This document shows, piece by piece, positions 24,809 through 38,960 of a stretch of DNA of 64,000 nucleotides; the first letter of the stretch is position 1, and the number at the start of each line of letters is the position of its first letter. Below the pieces are notes generated by a model, which was given only the letters and a program-made list of their open reading frames with translations, had not been told where the DNA came from and searched no databases. The translations under genes and the position numbers were made by a program. Source of the stretch: the human T2T-CHM13v2.0 reference genome, Homo sapiens; the NCBI RefSeq assembly GCF_009914755.1, contig NC_060928.1. The stretch is one strand, 5' to 3'.

Positions 24809-25148
24809 GGCCCCAGTGTGTGATGTTCCCCTTCCGGTGTCCATGTGTTCTCATTGTTCAATTCCCACCTATGAGTGAGAACATGCGGTGTTTGGTTTTT
24901 TGTCCTTGCGATAGTTTGCTGAGCATGATGGTTTCCAGCTTCATCCATGTCCCTACAAAGGACATGAACTCATCATTTTTTATTGTGGGGTGGGGGGAGG
25001 GGGGAGGGATAGCATTAGGAGATATACCTAATGTTAAATGACGAATTAATGGGTGCAGCACACCAACATGGCACATGTATACATATGTAACAAACCTGCA
25101 TGTTGTGCACATGTACCCTAAAAAAGTATAATTAAAAAAATAAAAAAT
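24809..25148 (+). mobile_element. 5'-truncated, 5'-inverted young L1PA (L1PA3-5) 3' end
   Basis: Inverted piece 24809-24982 plus sense 3'UTR and A tail; perfect 18-bp TSD AATAATATGGACATTGCA (24791-24808 / 25149-25166). Confidence 0.95.
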
Positions 25149-27172
25149 AATAATATGGACATTGCATTATTTATTGGTAAATTGGCTTTCCATGTTGCTA
25201 AGTTTATAATCAGTATTTTCTACCTTTTCCCCCTTATTTATTTATACCAATATTGCATATTATCATTGTCTAAGACATCCAAGGTCATTTACTGCTAGCT
25301 TCATTTCTCTCAGGCTTACGAGCCTCCTTACAAGCCCACACATTTTATGGAGCCTTTTCTCACATTATCACTCTAATCCAGATCTTCTTTTTATTTCCCA
25401 GTATTGCCAATTAGTTCAGTATCTTTCCACTGTGTGATTGTGCTATAGCAATAGACATATGACCTGGCTCTATCTGCTAAGAAAAAAATATATTACTTTT
25501 GTTCAGTTCTGAAGGTTGTAGCTTGGAAAGTATCAAACAAAACACCAAACAAAAGTAGCCTTGGGAGAATATGTCTTCTAGTATAATAATTTTCTGTTCA
25601 TTTTTAATATATGTAAATCTCAGTATAAAATTTGGTTTTCATATTTCTAGCAACACATAAAGATAATTTAATACATAATTTTGATATATGGTATCAGCTG
25701 GAGTCTAGAACTCTGACCTAGTGCCCAAACAGTCTAATTACTCTATGGGAGGTATTGACCTAGTCCTAAAAACTCAATTTTAATTCAAAGGGAGATCTAA
25801 TGAGGAATGCAGTAGAGGCTTTGCAACACTTTAAATTACACATGTGGTTTAGCTTTTTAAATAGAAATTCCTATGGCCCATTTCTCAAAAATCAATGACA
25901 AAATCTATAATAAATTTGAAGTGTGGCACACACACAAAATGCTCATTAAGACCTAAGCATAACTTCACAATAGAAAAACTGTGCTATACTACCTCAGCTG
26001 AAAGTGAAATCTCAGCACAGCAAAAACACAGTGACAAACCAAAACTGCCTACATTTTTCTACTGATGGGAATAAAGAAAAAAATATCTTTATGCGCAACA
26101 AGTTCCTTACCTCTTCGACTACTTTTATTTCAACAAATATTTACAAATGACATATTATATGCATGACAGTATGATAGTTGTTCGATGTTAATGTTGAAGG
26201 ACTGAACAGAGCCCTTGATAAGAAGCTAATTATGTAAAATATAAATTTGCTCTCATATAGAAATTTATATTGCTTATTCAAAATTTGCATACAGTGTATA
26301 ATAAGTGATGTCTATTTCTCTGTTAGTCTGTAAGCTCCATGATGAACTGAAGCTCTTTTGCTTACTCTTCATCCCCATAGTCTGGCTTAATTCTCATCAG
26401 ATGTCAAGGTTTCATAAACATTTGTTGAATAAGTGGATGACCCAATGCTTGCAATACAGGGCTGAATAAGATAAATATTCTAAAAATATGCTAATCAAAG
26501 AACTAGTGTTAATATCCAGTGACGAAATGAGGGAAATCACACGTGAGAATGGCTTTAAAAAACAGGTAGAATTGAGGCAGACTGACATGTGTAGAAGTAT
26601 TCAAGAAGAAATATTCAAAGCATGCCAAAAAATTGGGCACACAACTGAGGAGGCAAATTTTGGTACTGAAGTGCTATTTGCTTTATGGATATGTACATCA
26701 TCTGTGTACAGCTTTTAATATCTGGGTCAAGGGAGAATGACTGACTTCTGAGCCTCTTTCTCCTAAGCTTTTTATTGTTTCCACATATAAATCTAATACA
26801 TTCACTTGTGTTTGTTTGGGGGTGGGAGAGTGTGTATGTTGAATGAGAGTACTTTTCTGGAAATTGATATCATATGGGAACAAGGAATATGGATATGAAA
26901 TTTGCTGTGATTCTGTAATGTAGGCAAGCTTGCAATCTTTATTTCCAAGATTGAAATAATTTCTGTTGATATTGTATAGGTGGAATAATCTCAAGGGAAA
27001 AATATAACAACTGAGAAAGAGTAGAAGTATCTGGGTGTTAATAGGAAATGTTGCTAGCACAATGTCACTGTCGATGTATACTATGGAAGAATGTGGCCTA
27101 GAAAAAAAGGATGAACATGAGACAGCCAGGGAACAAAGCGCATGCAGTAATAAGTGACAAATATCAAAAGCG

Positions 27173-27390
27173 TTCTTTTAATAAACTTTAGTTTTAGAAC
27201 ATTTTAGGTTCACAACAAAATTGATTGGAAGGTACAGTGGCTTCTCATATACTCCCTACCTGTACACATACATAGACTCCCCCATTATCAACACCTCACA
27301 CAAGAGCAATACATTTGTTACAATTGATGAGTCTACACTGACACGTTCTTATCACCCAAAGTTCATAATTTACATGAAGGAACACACTGG
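27173..27390 (-). mobile_element. L1MC1-like 3' end, left piece (continues 35660-35815)
   Basis: TTTTAGGTTCACAACAAAATTGA..GGAAGGTACAG...ACATTTGTTACAATTGATGA...TATCACCCAAAGT. Confidence 0.75.
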
Positions 27391-27695
27391 TGTAATGGAA
27401 CCTAGGTTTGGCTGCTTGCTCTTTGAAAACCAAACTCAAGGGACAAGAGTGAAGAGGAAAAGCAGGTTTATACAGGAGCCAGGCACTCAAGAGGATGGTG
27501 AACAAGTATTACCAAGACCATCTCAAGTCAGAACAAATTTCAGCTTCTTTTTATATTGAAGGTGGGGTGAAGAAGCAGGGGTTGGGATGAAGAGGTGACC
27601 AACAAACACAAACATTAAGAGTACTAACAAGAGTTGTAGGAGGTTGGGAACATTTTGACTGTGGTCGGGTCAAAATTTCCCTATAAATTTTTTCT
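27391..27695 (-). mobile_element. ERV1 LTR (MER34-like), left piece (continues ~35330-35660)
   Basis: Begins TGTAATGGAACCTAGGTTTGGCTGCTTGC; matching continuation after the L1 ends CCACTGTTATA. Confidence 0.6.
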
Positions 27696-29688
27696 TTTAT
27701 TAATTTTTAATTATTAAGGGTACATAGTAGTATTATTAGATGTGTTCCTATTTGTTAGTTTGAGCTCCTTATATATTTTAGTTATTAAACCCTTGTCAAA
27801 TAGGGAGTTTGCAAGTATTTTCTTCCTTTCTGTGGGTTGTATCTTCACTTTATGTATTGTTTCATTTGGTGTGGCAAAGCTTTTTGACTTGATGTGATTC
27901 CACTTGTCCATTTTTTGCTTTGGTTTCCTGTGCTTTTGGAGTATTACTCAAGAAATTGTTGCCCAAAACAACGTACTGGCAGGTTTTCCCGATGTTTTCC
28001 CTTAGGGAGTAGCTTTAGGTCTTCAATTTAAATCTTTAACCCATTTTGATTTGATTTTAGAATATGTTGAGAGATAAGGGTCTAATTTTACTCTTTTGCA
28101 TACGGATATTCAACTTTCCCAGCACAATTTTTTTTTTTTGGAGAGACTCTTCTTTCTCCAGTATATGTTCTTGCCACCTGTGCTGAGCCTACTGTAGATG
28201 TATGGATTTATTTCTGGGTTCTCTATTTTTTCCATTAGTCTATATGCCTGTTTTTATGCCAGAACCATGCTGTTTTGATTACAGTAGCTCTGTAGTATAA
28301 TTTGAACTCTGGTAATGTGATTCCTCAAGTTTTGTTCTTTTGCTCAACATGGCTTTGGCTATTGTGGGTCTTTAGTGGTTCCTTACATATTTTAGGTTTA
28401 CTTTCTTCATTTCTGTGAAGAATGTCATTGGTATTTTGATAAGAATTGTATTAAACAATTCTTATTTTGGGCATTTTAACAATATTGATTATTCTAACTC
28501 ATGAACATGAAATATCTTCCCATTTTATTATGTCTTCTTTAGTTTCTTGCATAAGTGTTTTTGTTTCATAGTTTACATTGTAGAGATCTTTCTCTTCTTT
28601 GGTTAAGATTAAACCTAGGTATTTTATTTTACTTGTTGCTATTGTAAATGGGATTATGTTCTTGATTTTTTTTCAAATTGTTCACTGTTTGTATATAGAG
28701 ATGTTACTGATTTTTGTATTTTGACTTTATATTCTGCAATTTTACTGAGTTTCTTTATGAGTTCTACTAGTTTTTGTATGTGTGGAGTCTTTTGGTTTTT
28801 CCAAATAATATTATATCATCTGAAAACAAGGATGATTTGACTTCTCCCTTTTAAGTTTGGATGCTATTTATTTCTTTATCTTGTGCAATTACAAGGGCTA
28901 GCACATCCAGTACTGTGTTGAGGAACAATGATGAAAGTGGACAGACTTGTTGTGTTTCAAATCTTAGAAGAAAGTCTTTCAGTTTTTTCAAATTAAGTAT
29001 GATATTAGTTGTATGCCTATTATACTTGTCTTTTATTATGTTGAGATATGTTTCTCCTACATCCAGTTTTTTTAGGGTGTTTATTAGGATGAGTTGTTAA
29101 ATTTTATTTTCTTAAGTATCAATTAAAATGATATATAATTTTTGCCTATCATTCTGTTGATAATGCTGTATCATATAGATTGATTTGCATATATTAAACC
29201 ATTCTTGAATTACTGGGATGGATTCCACTTGGTCGTGATGAATGATGTCTTTAATGTATTGTTAAATTCAATTTGCTAGTATTTTGTTGAGAATTTGTGC
29301 ATTGATATTCATCAGGGATATTGACCTATAGTTTTTTAAAATTTTTTTTTTTCTGATTTAGGTATCAGGGTACTATTGGCCTCATAGAAAGATTTTGGAA
29401 GTATTTTCTCCTGCATTTTTCAGAAAAGTGTGAGTAGGATTGGTATTATTTTTTAAAAAATGTTTGGCAATATTCATCAGTGAAACCAATGCATCTCAGG
29501 TCTTCTTTGTTGGGAGACACACATATATATATATATATTTATGGCTTTGATCTCATTACTTATTACTGGTCTATTTAGGTTTTGAATTTGTTCTAGGTTT
29601 AATCTTGGTAGGTTTTATTTGTCTAGTAATTTAGTCATTTCTTCTAGCTTTTCCTATTTATTGGTGTATAGTTGCTTATTGTAGTCTC

Positions 29689-30230
29689 TGCGATAGTTAA
29701 TATTGAGTGTCAACTTGATTGGATTGAACGATTGAAGGATACAAAGTATAGATCCTGGGTGTGTCTGTGAGGGTGCTGCCAAAGGAGATTAACATTTAAG
29801 TCAGTGGGCTGGGAAAGACAGACCCATACTTAATCTGGGTGGGCACAATCTAATCAGCTGCCAGCATGTCTAGAATATAAGCAGGCAGAAAAATGTGGAA
29901 AGAGGAACTGGCCTAGCCTCCCAACCTACATCTTTCTCCCATGCTGGGTGCTTCCTGCTCTCAAAATTGGACTCAAAGTTCTTCAGTTTTGGAACTCAGA
30001 CTGGCTCTCCTTGCTCCTCAGCCTACAGATGGTCTATTGTGGGACCCTGTGATTGTTTGGGTTAAAACTTAATAAACTCACCTGTATATAAGTGTGTACA
30101 TATGCATATGTATGTATGTGTATATATATATATGTTATATATGTATATATATAAGTTATATATGTATTTATATATGTAAATGGAATATATGTATTAGTTC
30201 TGTTCTTGTAAGAGAACCCTGCCTAATACA
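29689..30230 (+). mobile_element. MLT2A1 (HERV-L) solo LTR inside the L1
   Basis: TGCGATAGTTAATATTGAGTGTCAACTTGATTGGATTGAA...AGAGAACCCTGCCTAATACA; internal TA-rich microsatellite; 5-bp TSD GTCTC/ATCTC. Confidence 0.9.
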
Positions 30231-30533
30231 ATCTCTAATGATCCTTTGAATTTCTGTGGTATCAGTTGTAATGTATCCTTTTTTATCTCTGACTCTTTTT
30301 ATTTTAATCTTCTGTTTATTATTAGCTAGTCTCGCTAAATGTTGGTTGATTTTGTTTATTTTTTCGGAAAGTCGACTTCTTATTTCATTTTTGTTTTGTT
30401 ATTTTGGGGGGATTAATACATTTATTTCTGCTCTTATCATTGTTGTTTCTTTTCTTCTAATTTGGAGTTTGATTTGTTTTGCTTTTCTAGTTATTTAGGA
30501 TGCATCATTAGTTTGTTTATTTAAATTTTTCCT

Positions 30534-30569
<36 letters not shown>

Positions 30570-31947
30570 CAGAGGGAGCACTTATTGCTAGAAATTTTTC
30601 TCTTAGTACTGCTTTTGGTGTGTCACGTAGGATTTGATATGCTGTATTTGCATTTTCACTTGTTTCCAGGATTTTAAAAACATTCTTGTGAATTTCTTCA
30701 TTGACCTCACTGGCCATTGAGAAACATATTGGTTAATTTCCATGTGTTTCTGTTATTTCCAAAGTTCCTCACATTGTGCATTTCTAGTTTTATCCTATTT
30801 TAGTCAGAAAAGATGCTTGATATGATTTTAATTTTTTGAATGTTTTAAGACATGTTTTGTGATCCAATATAGGGTCTATCTCTGAGAATGTTCCATCTAC
30901 TGAAGAGAAGACTGTGTATTACAGCCACTGGAAGAAATGTGCTGTAAATATCCATTAGGTCCATTTGTCTATAGTGCACATTATTCCTATGTTTCTTTGT
31001 TGATTTTCTGTCTGGATGATCTATTTAATGCTGAAAGTGGGGAGTTGAAATATCCAGTTATTATTTTATTAGGGTCTATCTCTCTCTTTAATATTTGCTT
31101 TTCTATCTGGGTGCTCCAGTGTTGGGTGCATATATATTTACAATTTTTATATTCTCTTCCTGAATTGACCTCTTTATCATTATATAATGATCTTCTTTGT
31201 CTCTTTTTATAGTTTAATCTTGAAATCTATTTTATCAGATATAAATGTGGCTATTCCTGCTCTATTTTATTTCCATTTTCATAAAATATATTTTTTCATC
31301 CTTTTATTTTATTAAATAAAGATGTATATCTTTATATGGAAATCATGCTTTTTTGCAGGCAATAAATCATTGTGTCTTGTTTTCATTTTTTAAATCCATT
31401 CAGACACTCTGTTTTTTGGAGAGTTTAGTGCATTTATATTCAGTGTTATTATTGAAAGTAAAGACTAACTACTGGTATTTTGTTATTTATTTTCTGGTTG
31501 TTTTACAGTCTTCTCTTACTTTTTTTCTCCTTTCTATCTTCTATTTTGTTAAGAGGATTTTCTCTGCTGCTGTGTTTTAATTTCCTGCTTTTTATTTTTT
31601 GTTCATGTGTTGTAGGTTTTTTTAGTTTGAAATTACCATGAATTTTTATAATAACATCTTATACTTATTGTTTTAAGCTGATTACAACTTAACACTGAAT
31701 GCAAAAACTAACAAGCAAAGAGAAAACTAATAAAACACTCTGCACTTTAAATACATCTCCTTAACTTTTTGTTGTTTCTATTAATGTTATACTGTTTATT
31801 TCTTGAGAAGTTGTTATAGTTATTATTTTTGGTAGGTTTGTCTTTTAGTCTTTCTACTAAAGATACAGGTATCTTACACACCACAATTGATTGCACTGTT
31901 ATAATATTTTGTCTGTGTCTTTATTATTACCAGTGGAACCAGTGAGG

Positions 31948-32276
<329 letters not shown>

Positions 32277-35200
32277 TACCAGTCAGTTTTATACCTTCAG
32301 ATGATTTCTTCTTGCTCACTAACGTCCTTTTCTTTCAGATTGAGGAACTCTCTTTAGCATTTCCTATAGAACAAGTCTGGTGCTGATGAATTCCCTCAGC
32401 ATTTGTTTGTCTAAGAAAGTGTTTATTTTTTTCACGATTAAATATATTTTCACTATATATACTATTAAAGTTTAGAAGTTGTTTTTGTTTGTTTGTTTGT
32501 TTTTTCCTGCGGCACTTTAAATATTTCATGCCACTCTCTCCTGACCTGTAAGGTTTCTACTGAAAAGTCAGCTGTCAGATGTATTGGAGCTGATTTGCAT
32601 GTTATTTGTTTCTTTTCTCTTACTGCTTCTGGATCCTTTTTTCTTTCCTTTTCTTTACTTTCTTTTTTTTTTTTTTTTATCCTTGACCTTTAGGAGTTTA
32701 ATTATTAAAGGTCTTAAGATACTCCTCCTTTGGCTAAGTCTTGGTGTCCTATAACTCTCTCATACTTAGATATTGTTGTCTTTCTAGGTTTGGAAAATTC
32801 TCTATAGTTATCACTTCGAATAAACTTCCTGCTGCTATTTTTCTCACATCTCCAGTAAGGCCAAGAACACTTACATTTGCCTTTTGGGGGCTATTTTTTA
32901 AATCTTGTATGCATGCTTTATTCTTTTTTAAGATTTTTGTTTGTCTTCTCTGACTATGTATTTTCAAATAGCCTATCTCCAAACTCACTAATTCTTTCTT
33001 CTGCTTGATCAGTTCTTCTATCGAGGGACTCTGATTGATGCTTTATTCATTATGTCAACTAAATTTTTCAGCTTCATAATTTTTCCTTGATTATTTTTAA
33101 CTATTTCAATCTTTTTGTGAAATGTATCTGATAGGATTCTGAATTTCTTCTCTATGTTATCTTAAATTTGTTTGAGTTTCCTCAAAATGGCTATTTTGAA
33201 TTCTCTTTCTGAAATGTCACATATCTCTGTTTCTCTAGGACTGGTCGCTGGTACCATATTTAGCTTGTTTGGTGAGGTCATGTTTTTTTAAATGATCTTG
33301 ATGCTGATATATGTTTATTAATGTCCAGGCCTTGAAGAGTTAGGAATTTATTGTAGTATTCACAAGGTGGGCTTGTTAGTTTCTGTCTTTCTTGGGAAGA
33401 CTTTCCAAGTATTCAAAGAGAATTGAATGTTGTGATCTAAGTGTTTGCTCACTGCAGCCATATCTGCATTAGGTGGTATCCTAAGCATAATAATGCTATG
33501 ATTTTTGCAGAATTATAGAGCTACCACCGTAAGATCTGGGAGAAGTACCTAAATTATCAGGCAGAGACTCTTGTTCTTTTGTGTTACTTACCCCCAAATA
33601 AACAGAAACTCTTCTTTTTAAGTTGTCTGGAATTGGTGGGAAAGTGACACAAGCAGCTTTGTGTCATCCATGACTGGGGCTGCACTGGGTCAGATCCAAA
33701 GCCAGCACAACACTGGTTCTTGCCCAAAGCCCATGGTGACCACTACTTGGTTACTGCTGCTGTTTCCTCAAGGATCAAGGACCCTACAATCATCAGGTGA
33801 AGAATCAATACAGGGTTGTGGCCTTCCCTTAATAGCCAAGGTGAGTCCAGAGATGCCATCTGGGATCCAGGGCCTGGAATTAGAAACCTTAGGAATGTAC
33901 TTTGTGCTCTGTTCTATTGTTGCTGAGCTGGCACCCAAGCTGCAAAAGAAAGTTCTTCTCACTCTTCTCTCTTTTTTGGTCAAGCAGATGGAGTCTTTCA
34001 TGACAGCCTCCCTTTCCCTGAGTCCATGTTGTGTACTACCTGGCTGTCACCAGCATTCACTCAAGATCCAAGGGCTCTTCAGTCAGCTTGTGGTGAATGC
34101 TGCTAGCCCTAGGTCTTGCCATTGAGGGCAGAAGGCTCCCTCCTGGCCCAGGGCAGGCCCAAAAATACCATCTAAGAGCCATTGTCTGGAATGGAGCTCC
34201 TGGAGCCTGTTTGGTGCTCTACTTCACTATGGTCTAGGTGGTACCCAAGCTGCAAGACAGAGCTTCCTTTACCCTTCCCTCTCCTTTCTTCAAGCAGAAG
34301 GAGTCTCTCCTCATGGCCACCACAGCTGAGAATGTGCTGGGTCACACCTGAAGCCACTGTGGCACTGGGTCTCACCCAAACCCCATGGCAAGTGCTGGTA
34401 TTTATTCAAGGCCTAAGAGATCTTTAGTCAGAAGGCAATGAATCCTACCAGGACTGGGTATTTTCCTTCAAGACAATGGGTTACCTTCTGGCCCAGGGTG
34501 TGTCTAGAAATGTCCTTGGGGAGCTAGTACCATAAATGAGGGCCTCATGACTCTGTCTGTTTTCCTATTCTACTGTGGCTGAGCTGATAGTCAAGATACC
34601 AGAGAAAGTCTTCTTTCTTCTCCCGTATACCTTCCCCAAGTGGAAGAGAGGAGTTGCTCCTAGAGCTGTGAGCTGTGCTGCCTGTGGTTGGGGAAGGAGT
34701 GATGCAATTACTCCCTCGGCCACCCCAGTTGGTATCTTGCTAAGTCATGTGCATGCTAAGTTCACTGGCTCTGAGCCCAGCACAGAACCAGGACCTGCTG
34801 AATAATTGAAGTTCTTGTGGCCTAGACTACCTTTCAAGTTTATTTAGGCCCCCAGAGCAGTTTGGCACACATAGGTGCAGCTTGCCAGAACTCAAATTCC
34901 AACCGGTGAGATGGACAATTTACCTATGGCTACAGCTGGTCTAAATGTGCCCCGAATGGGTACTGGGTGATTTCTCTACTGTGTTGCTTTTTGCTTTGCA
35001 GGGTAGCACTGAATTTCAAAGCAAACTCCGACAATCACTGTGCTTTCTCTCCCCCAAGCACACAGATTCTCTCTGTGTGTCTTATGGCCACTGCTAATGT
35101 CAGAGCATGGAGAAGAGGTGTAACAACAATTCAAGATTGCCTTTTCTTCCTTACACAGTGCCTCGTTCCTTGACATGATGTTAAAATTATGTACTGTGAT

Positions 35201-35415
35201 CACGCAACTGATTTTTGGTTCTTTTAAAGATGCTTTCTTGTGTGAATATGTTCAGTTTGGTGTGTCTACAGGGGATGTGAATGATTGCTGGAGGATTCTA
35301 TTTTGCCATCTTGCCCCACCTCCTCCTTGCTTCTTATACTTATGTAACAAAACTTAGGTGTTTACCTACTTACACTTCAATCCCAGATTTAGTTTCAAAA
35401 ATTATATGATTGCTG

Positions 35416-35563
35416 TTTTTATTATACTTTAAGTTCTAGGGTACAGGTGCACAACGTGCAGGTTTGTTACATATGTATACATGTGCCATGTTGGTGTGCT
35501 GCACCCATTAACTCCTCATTTACACTAGGTATATCTCCTAATGCTATCCCTCCCCCCTCCCCC
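35416..35563 (-). mobile_element. L1PA (about L1PA4) 3'-terminal 148-bp fragment
   Basis: TTATACTTTAAGTTCTAGGGTAC...CTAATGCTATCCCTCCCCCCTCCCCC. Confidence 0.93.
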
Positions 35564-35950
35564 GCTCTCAATGTATCCTAGTCTACATACAGGAATAGAT
35601 AAAGACACTTTAAATAAAAATGAAGTCATTTATGTTAGTTACTTTGTTGTTCCACTGTTATATTGTTAATGCACATTCTATGAATTTGTTGAAATGTATA
35701 AAGAACATGTATTGACCATTATCATATTGTATAGAACATTTTCAGTAACTTAAAATTTCTCTGTGTTCTGTCTATTCATCCCTTCCTTTTCCCAAAACCA
35801 CTGACAACCACTTCAGATCAATAATATTTTAGGCATACACTGGAATTTCCTTTTGAGAGATTGCTCATATTCTGGGAATTGAGTTAAAATGTCTTGATGA
35901 ATTAACTTAAGCATTAAAACTGTCTTATAAGATCTATTATACTATTTCAC

Positions 35951-36358
35951 TGATATAGTTTGGATATTATTCCTGCCCAAATCTCATGTTGAAATGATAC
36001 CCCCAATGTTGGAGGTGCAACCTTGTGGGAGGTGACTGCATCATAGGGGAGGTTTTTAATGAATGGTTTAGTGCCATCCCAGTGGTACTACCCTTGTGAT
36101 AGTGAATTCTTATAATATCTCAGTCATTTAAAAGTGTGTTGCACCTCCCACATTGCTCTTTTGCTTCTGCTATGCTATGTGAGGTGGGTGCTCCCTCTTT
36201 ACTTCCTTGATTGGAAGCTTCCTGAGATCTCCTCAGAAGCAGAGGCTGCTATGCTTCCTGTACAGCCTGCAGAACTGTGAGTCAATGAAACCTATTTTCT
36301 TTATAAATTACCAAGTCTCAGGTATTTCATTATAGCAATGTGAGAATGGACTAATACA
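35951..36358 (+). mobile_element. MST (MSTA/B) MaLR solo LTR
   Basis: TGATATAGTTTGGAT..CCAAATCTCATGTTGAAAT...CTTCCTGTACAGCCTGCAGAAC...GAATGGACTAATACA. Confidence 0.88.
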
Positions 36359-37045
36359 TTTGCCAGTTTATACATATGGATATTTAGTAGCCAATTATTT
36401 TCCAAAATTAAAATATGTAACAAACCAGGATTTGAACTTGCTCCAGGGTCATCCTTAGGATGTTGCTACAGTATTATTTGTAACAGTCAACTACTAGACA
36501 AGACTAAATTTCAGTACTGGAGGATTAGCTAAATAATTTATGTTATATTCAAAGAATAAAACTCTATGCTTCCAATAAAATTGTGTTTTGTAGAATGCTT
36601 AATTATGTGGCAAAATGTTTAAAGTTAAATTAAAAAGGAGAATACTAAAAGTTTATATTTACTACCATCATACTAACAAGTATGGATATAACATTTGGAA
36701 GATAATCTATCAAATGATTATCCCTGCAGGGTTAGTTTATGACTATTTTAAAAAATTATAATTTTCAGTATGTTTTCTGTAATTTTAAATTTTATATGAA
36801 ATCATGCCTAATTATTCAAATTATATATGAAATATATGTCATATATAAAAACATAACTATCCCTGGGCTCTTAGATTCATATTTTACTGAGTTACATAGA
36901 CATATAACATATAATATTAATCTAATAAGCAAATTTGTGGATTTTCACAGGCCAAAAACTTTTTCACCCTTAATATTTACTTAAGCAAATAGTAAAAATC
37001 AAGAAAACTAGGGAAGAACAACATTAACAGTCTCAGTATACTCCT

Positions 37046-37501
37046 TATATTAGTTTCCTGGGGCTGCTGTAACAAATTACCACAAATTTGGTGACTTAGA
37101 TCAGTAGGAATTCTCTCCCAGTGTTAGAGGTGGAAATTAAATAGCGAGGTGTCAGCAGAACTTTGATCACTCAAGGCTGTAGAGAAAAATCCTGCCTTGC
37201 CTTTTTCAGCGTCTGGTGACTCTAGGCATACTTTTTGGTTTGGGGCTACATGACTTCTGTCTCTGCCTCTATCTTCTCATGGCTTTGTTCCCTGCATGTC
37301 TCTGAGTCCCAACTCTCCTTTTGCTTTCTCTTACAAGAACACTAGTTGTTAAATTAGGGCCTACTCTAAATCCAAATAATCTCACTTAGAGATTCTCAGT
37401 TACATCTGTAAAGACCCTGTTTTCAAATAATGTCACATTTATTGGTACTGGGAGTTAGGATTTTGACATAGTTTTTTGGAGCCACTATTCTACTCACTGC
37501 A
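37046..37501 (-). mobile_element. MLT1C-like MaLR solo LTR
   Basis: TATTAGTTTCCTGGGGCTGCTGTAACAAATTACCACAAA...ACATCTGTAAAGACCCTGTTTTCAAATAA. Confidence 0.85.
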
Positions 37502-37729
37502 TTAGTGTCTCTGCTCTGGGTATTCTACTACTGAACACTCCCTTACCATACCACCTTTCTCCCAACACAACATGGCTAATTCCCTCATTTCTTTCAAGTA
37601 TTTGCTCAAACATTGTCCACTCAATGAGCCTCTTCCTAATTATCCCATTTAAAACTGCAACTCCCAGCTTATATTTATTCCCTTTTATCTCTATCTTGAA
37701 TCTTGTAGCAAACTATAATTTACATTTGT

Positions 37730-38960
37730 ATTATATTATGGTCAACACTCTTAAGAGGCCTACAGGTGTTTTACTGGTGACAATTTCTTTACTCTTTCCT
37801 GGAGATCACAACTATTCTAGAATTTATGATAATCACTTCCTCACTTTTCTTGATACTTTTTGCACATGCGTAATGATGCATAAATAAACAATAAAGTTTA
37901 GTGTTGTTTTTCAGAAGTGTATGTAAATAGTTCATACTACGTACAGTTTTGTGTTTCTTTGTTTCTGGCTTTTGGTGCCAACATTATGTGAAATTTTACC
38001 CATACTTTTTGGATATACATATATATTTTTCATTTTTCTCACCATAACATTGTATAGATATAACACAATTTATTGGTCCACACTTCTTCTAAACACTTGC
38101 TTTGTTTACAGTTGGGATAATTATGAATAAGGCTATTATAAAAATTCTGTACGTTTAAACTGACACACATAAGCACACAATTCTGTAAGTTGCATAACAG
38201 TGTAAAATTAGTAGAACACGATATTCAACTTCAGCAGACAGGCCACACTATTTTGCAAATAAATATTATCAATTTCTACTCCAACAGCACTATATTACTA
38301 CACATTCCCTTCAATATTTAGTTTTGTCAGACATTTAGTGTTTGTGAGTATGAAGTGGTACCTAACATTATGATTCCCTCAATTAGTAGCAAAGTTTTAA
38401 TGCCCTCAATTTTTATTCCCCTAGTTAATCATAAAGTTAAGCATTTTTAATACATTCTTGGATATTTGGATTTTCTCTATTGTGAAGTGCTTATTTAAGT
38501 ATTTTTTCCCATTTTTCTACTGGGTGACTGCCATTTTCTAATTAATTTGCAGTAGTGTTTGCCTGTTCTAAATATGAGCCTTTGTTGGTTTATGCTTCAC
38601 AATTATCAGACTCACCACCTTACATATCCATTATTTTAGTGGTCTCTTGATGAATACAAGTATTTAATTTTAACTGAGTCAAACTTGTCAATCACTGACT
38701 GACTTTATAATTAGTGCCTTTTCTGTTATGTTTAAGAAAACGTTTGCCATACTGACATCATAAAGAAAATCGACTGTATTTTCTGTTAACTATGCCCTTG
38801 CAAACTTAGATGTTTCATATACATGAAATTGACTCAGAGTTATGGAGTATAATATGATTGACTTTCATTTTGATTTCCCATAGAATTCCCAAAGACTCTT
38901 TTCCATGTATTGTAATATACATGTTTCCCACTGTTCTTTAGCATTATCATCATAATAAAT
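37730..38960 (-). mobile_element. Old L1 (L1ME-type) fragment flanked by L2 pieces
   Basis: Antisense L1 3' motifs (ATAACACAATTTATT, TTATGAATAAGGCTATTAT, GTATGAAGTGGTA, TTGTGAAGTGCTTATTTAAGT). Confidence 0.65.

Noticed and set aside
33700-34700. Three ~310-345-bp imperfect repeats as a novel array
   Set aside because: They lie in the L1MA 5'UTR, where tandem units are a known feature.
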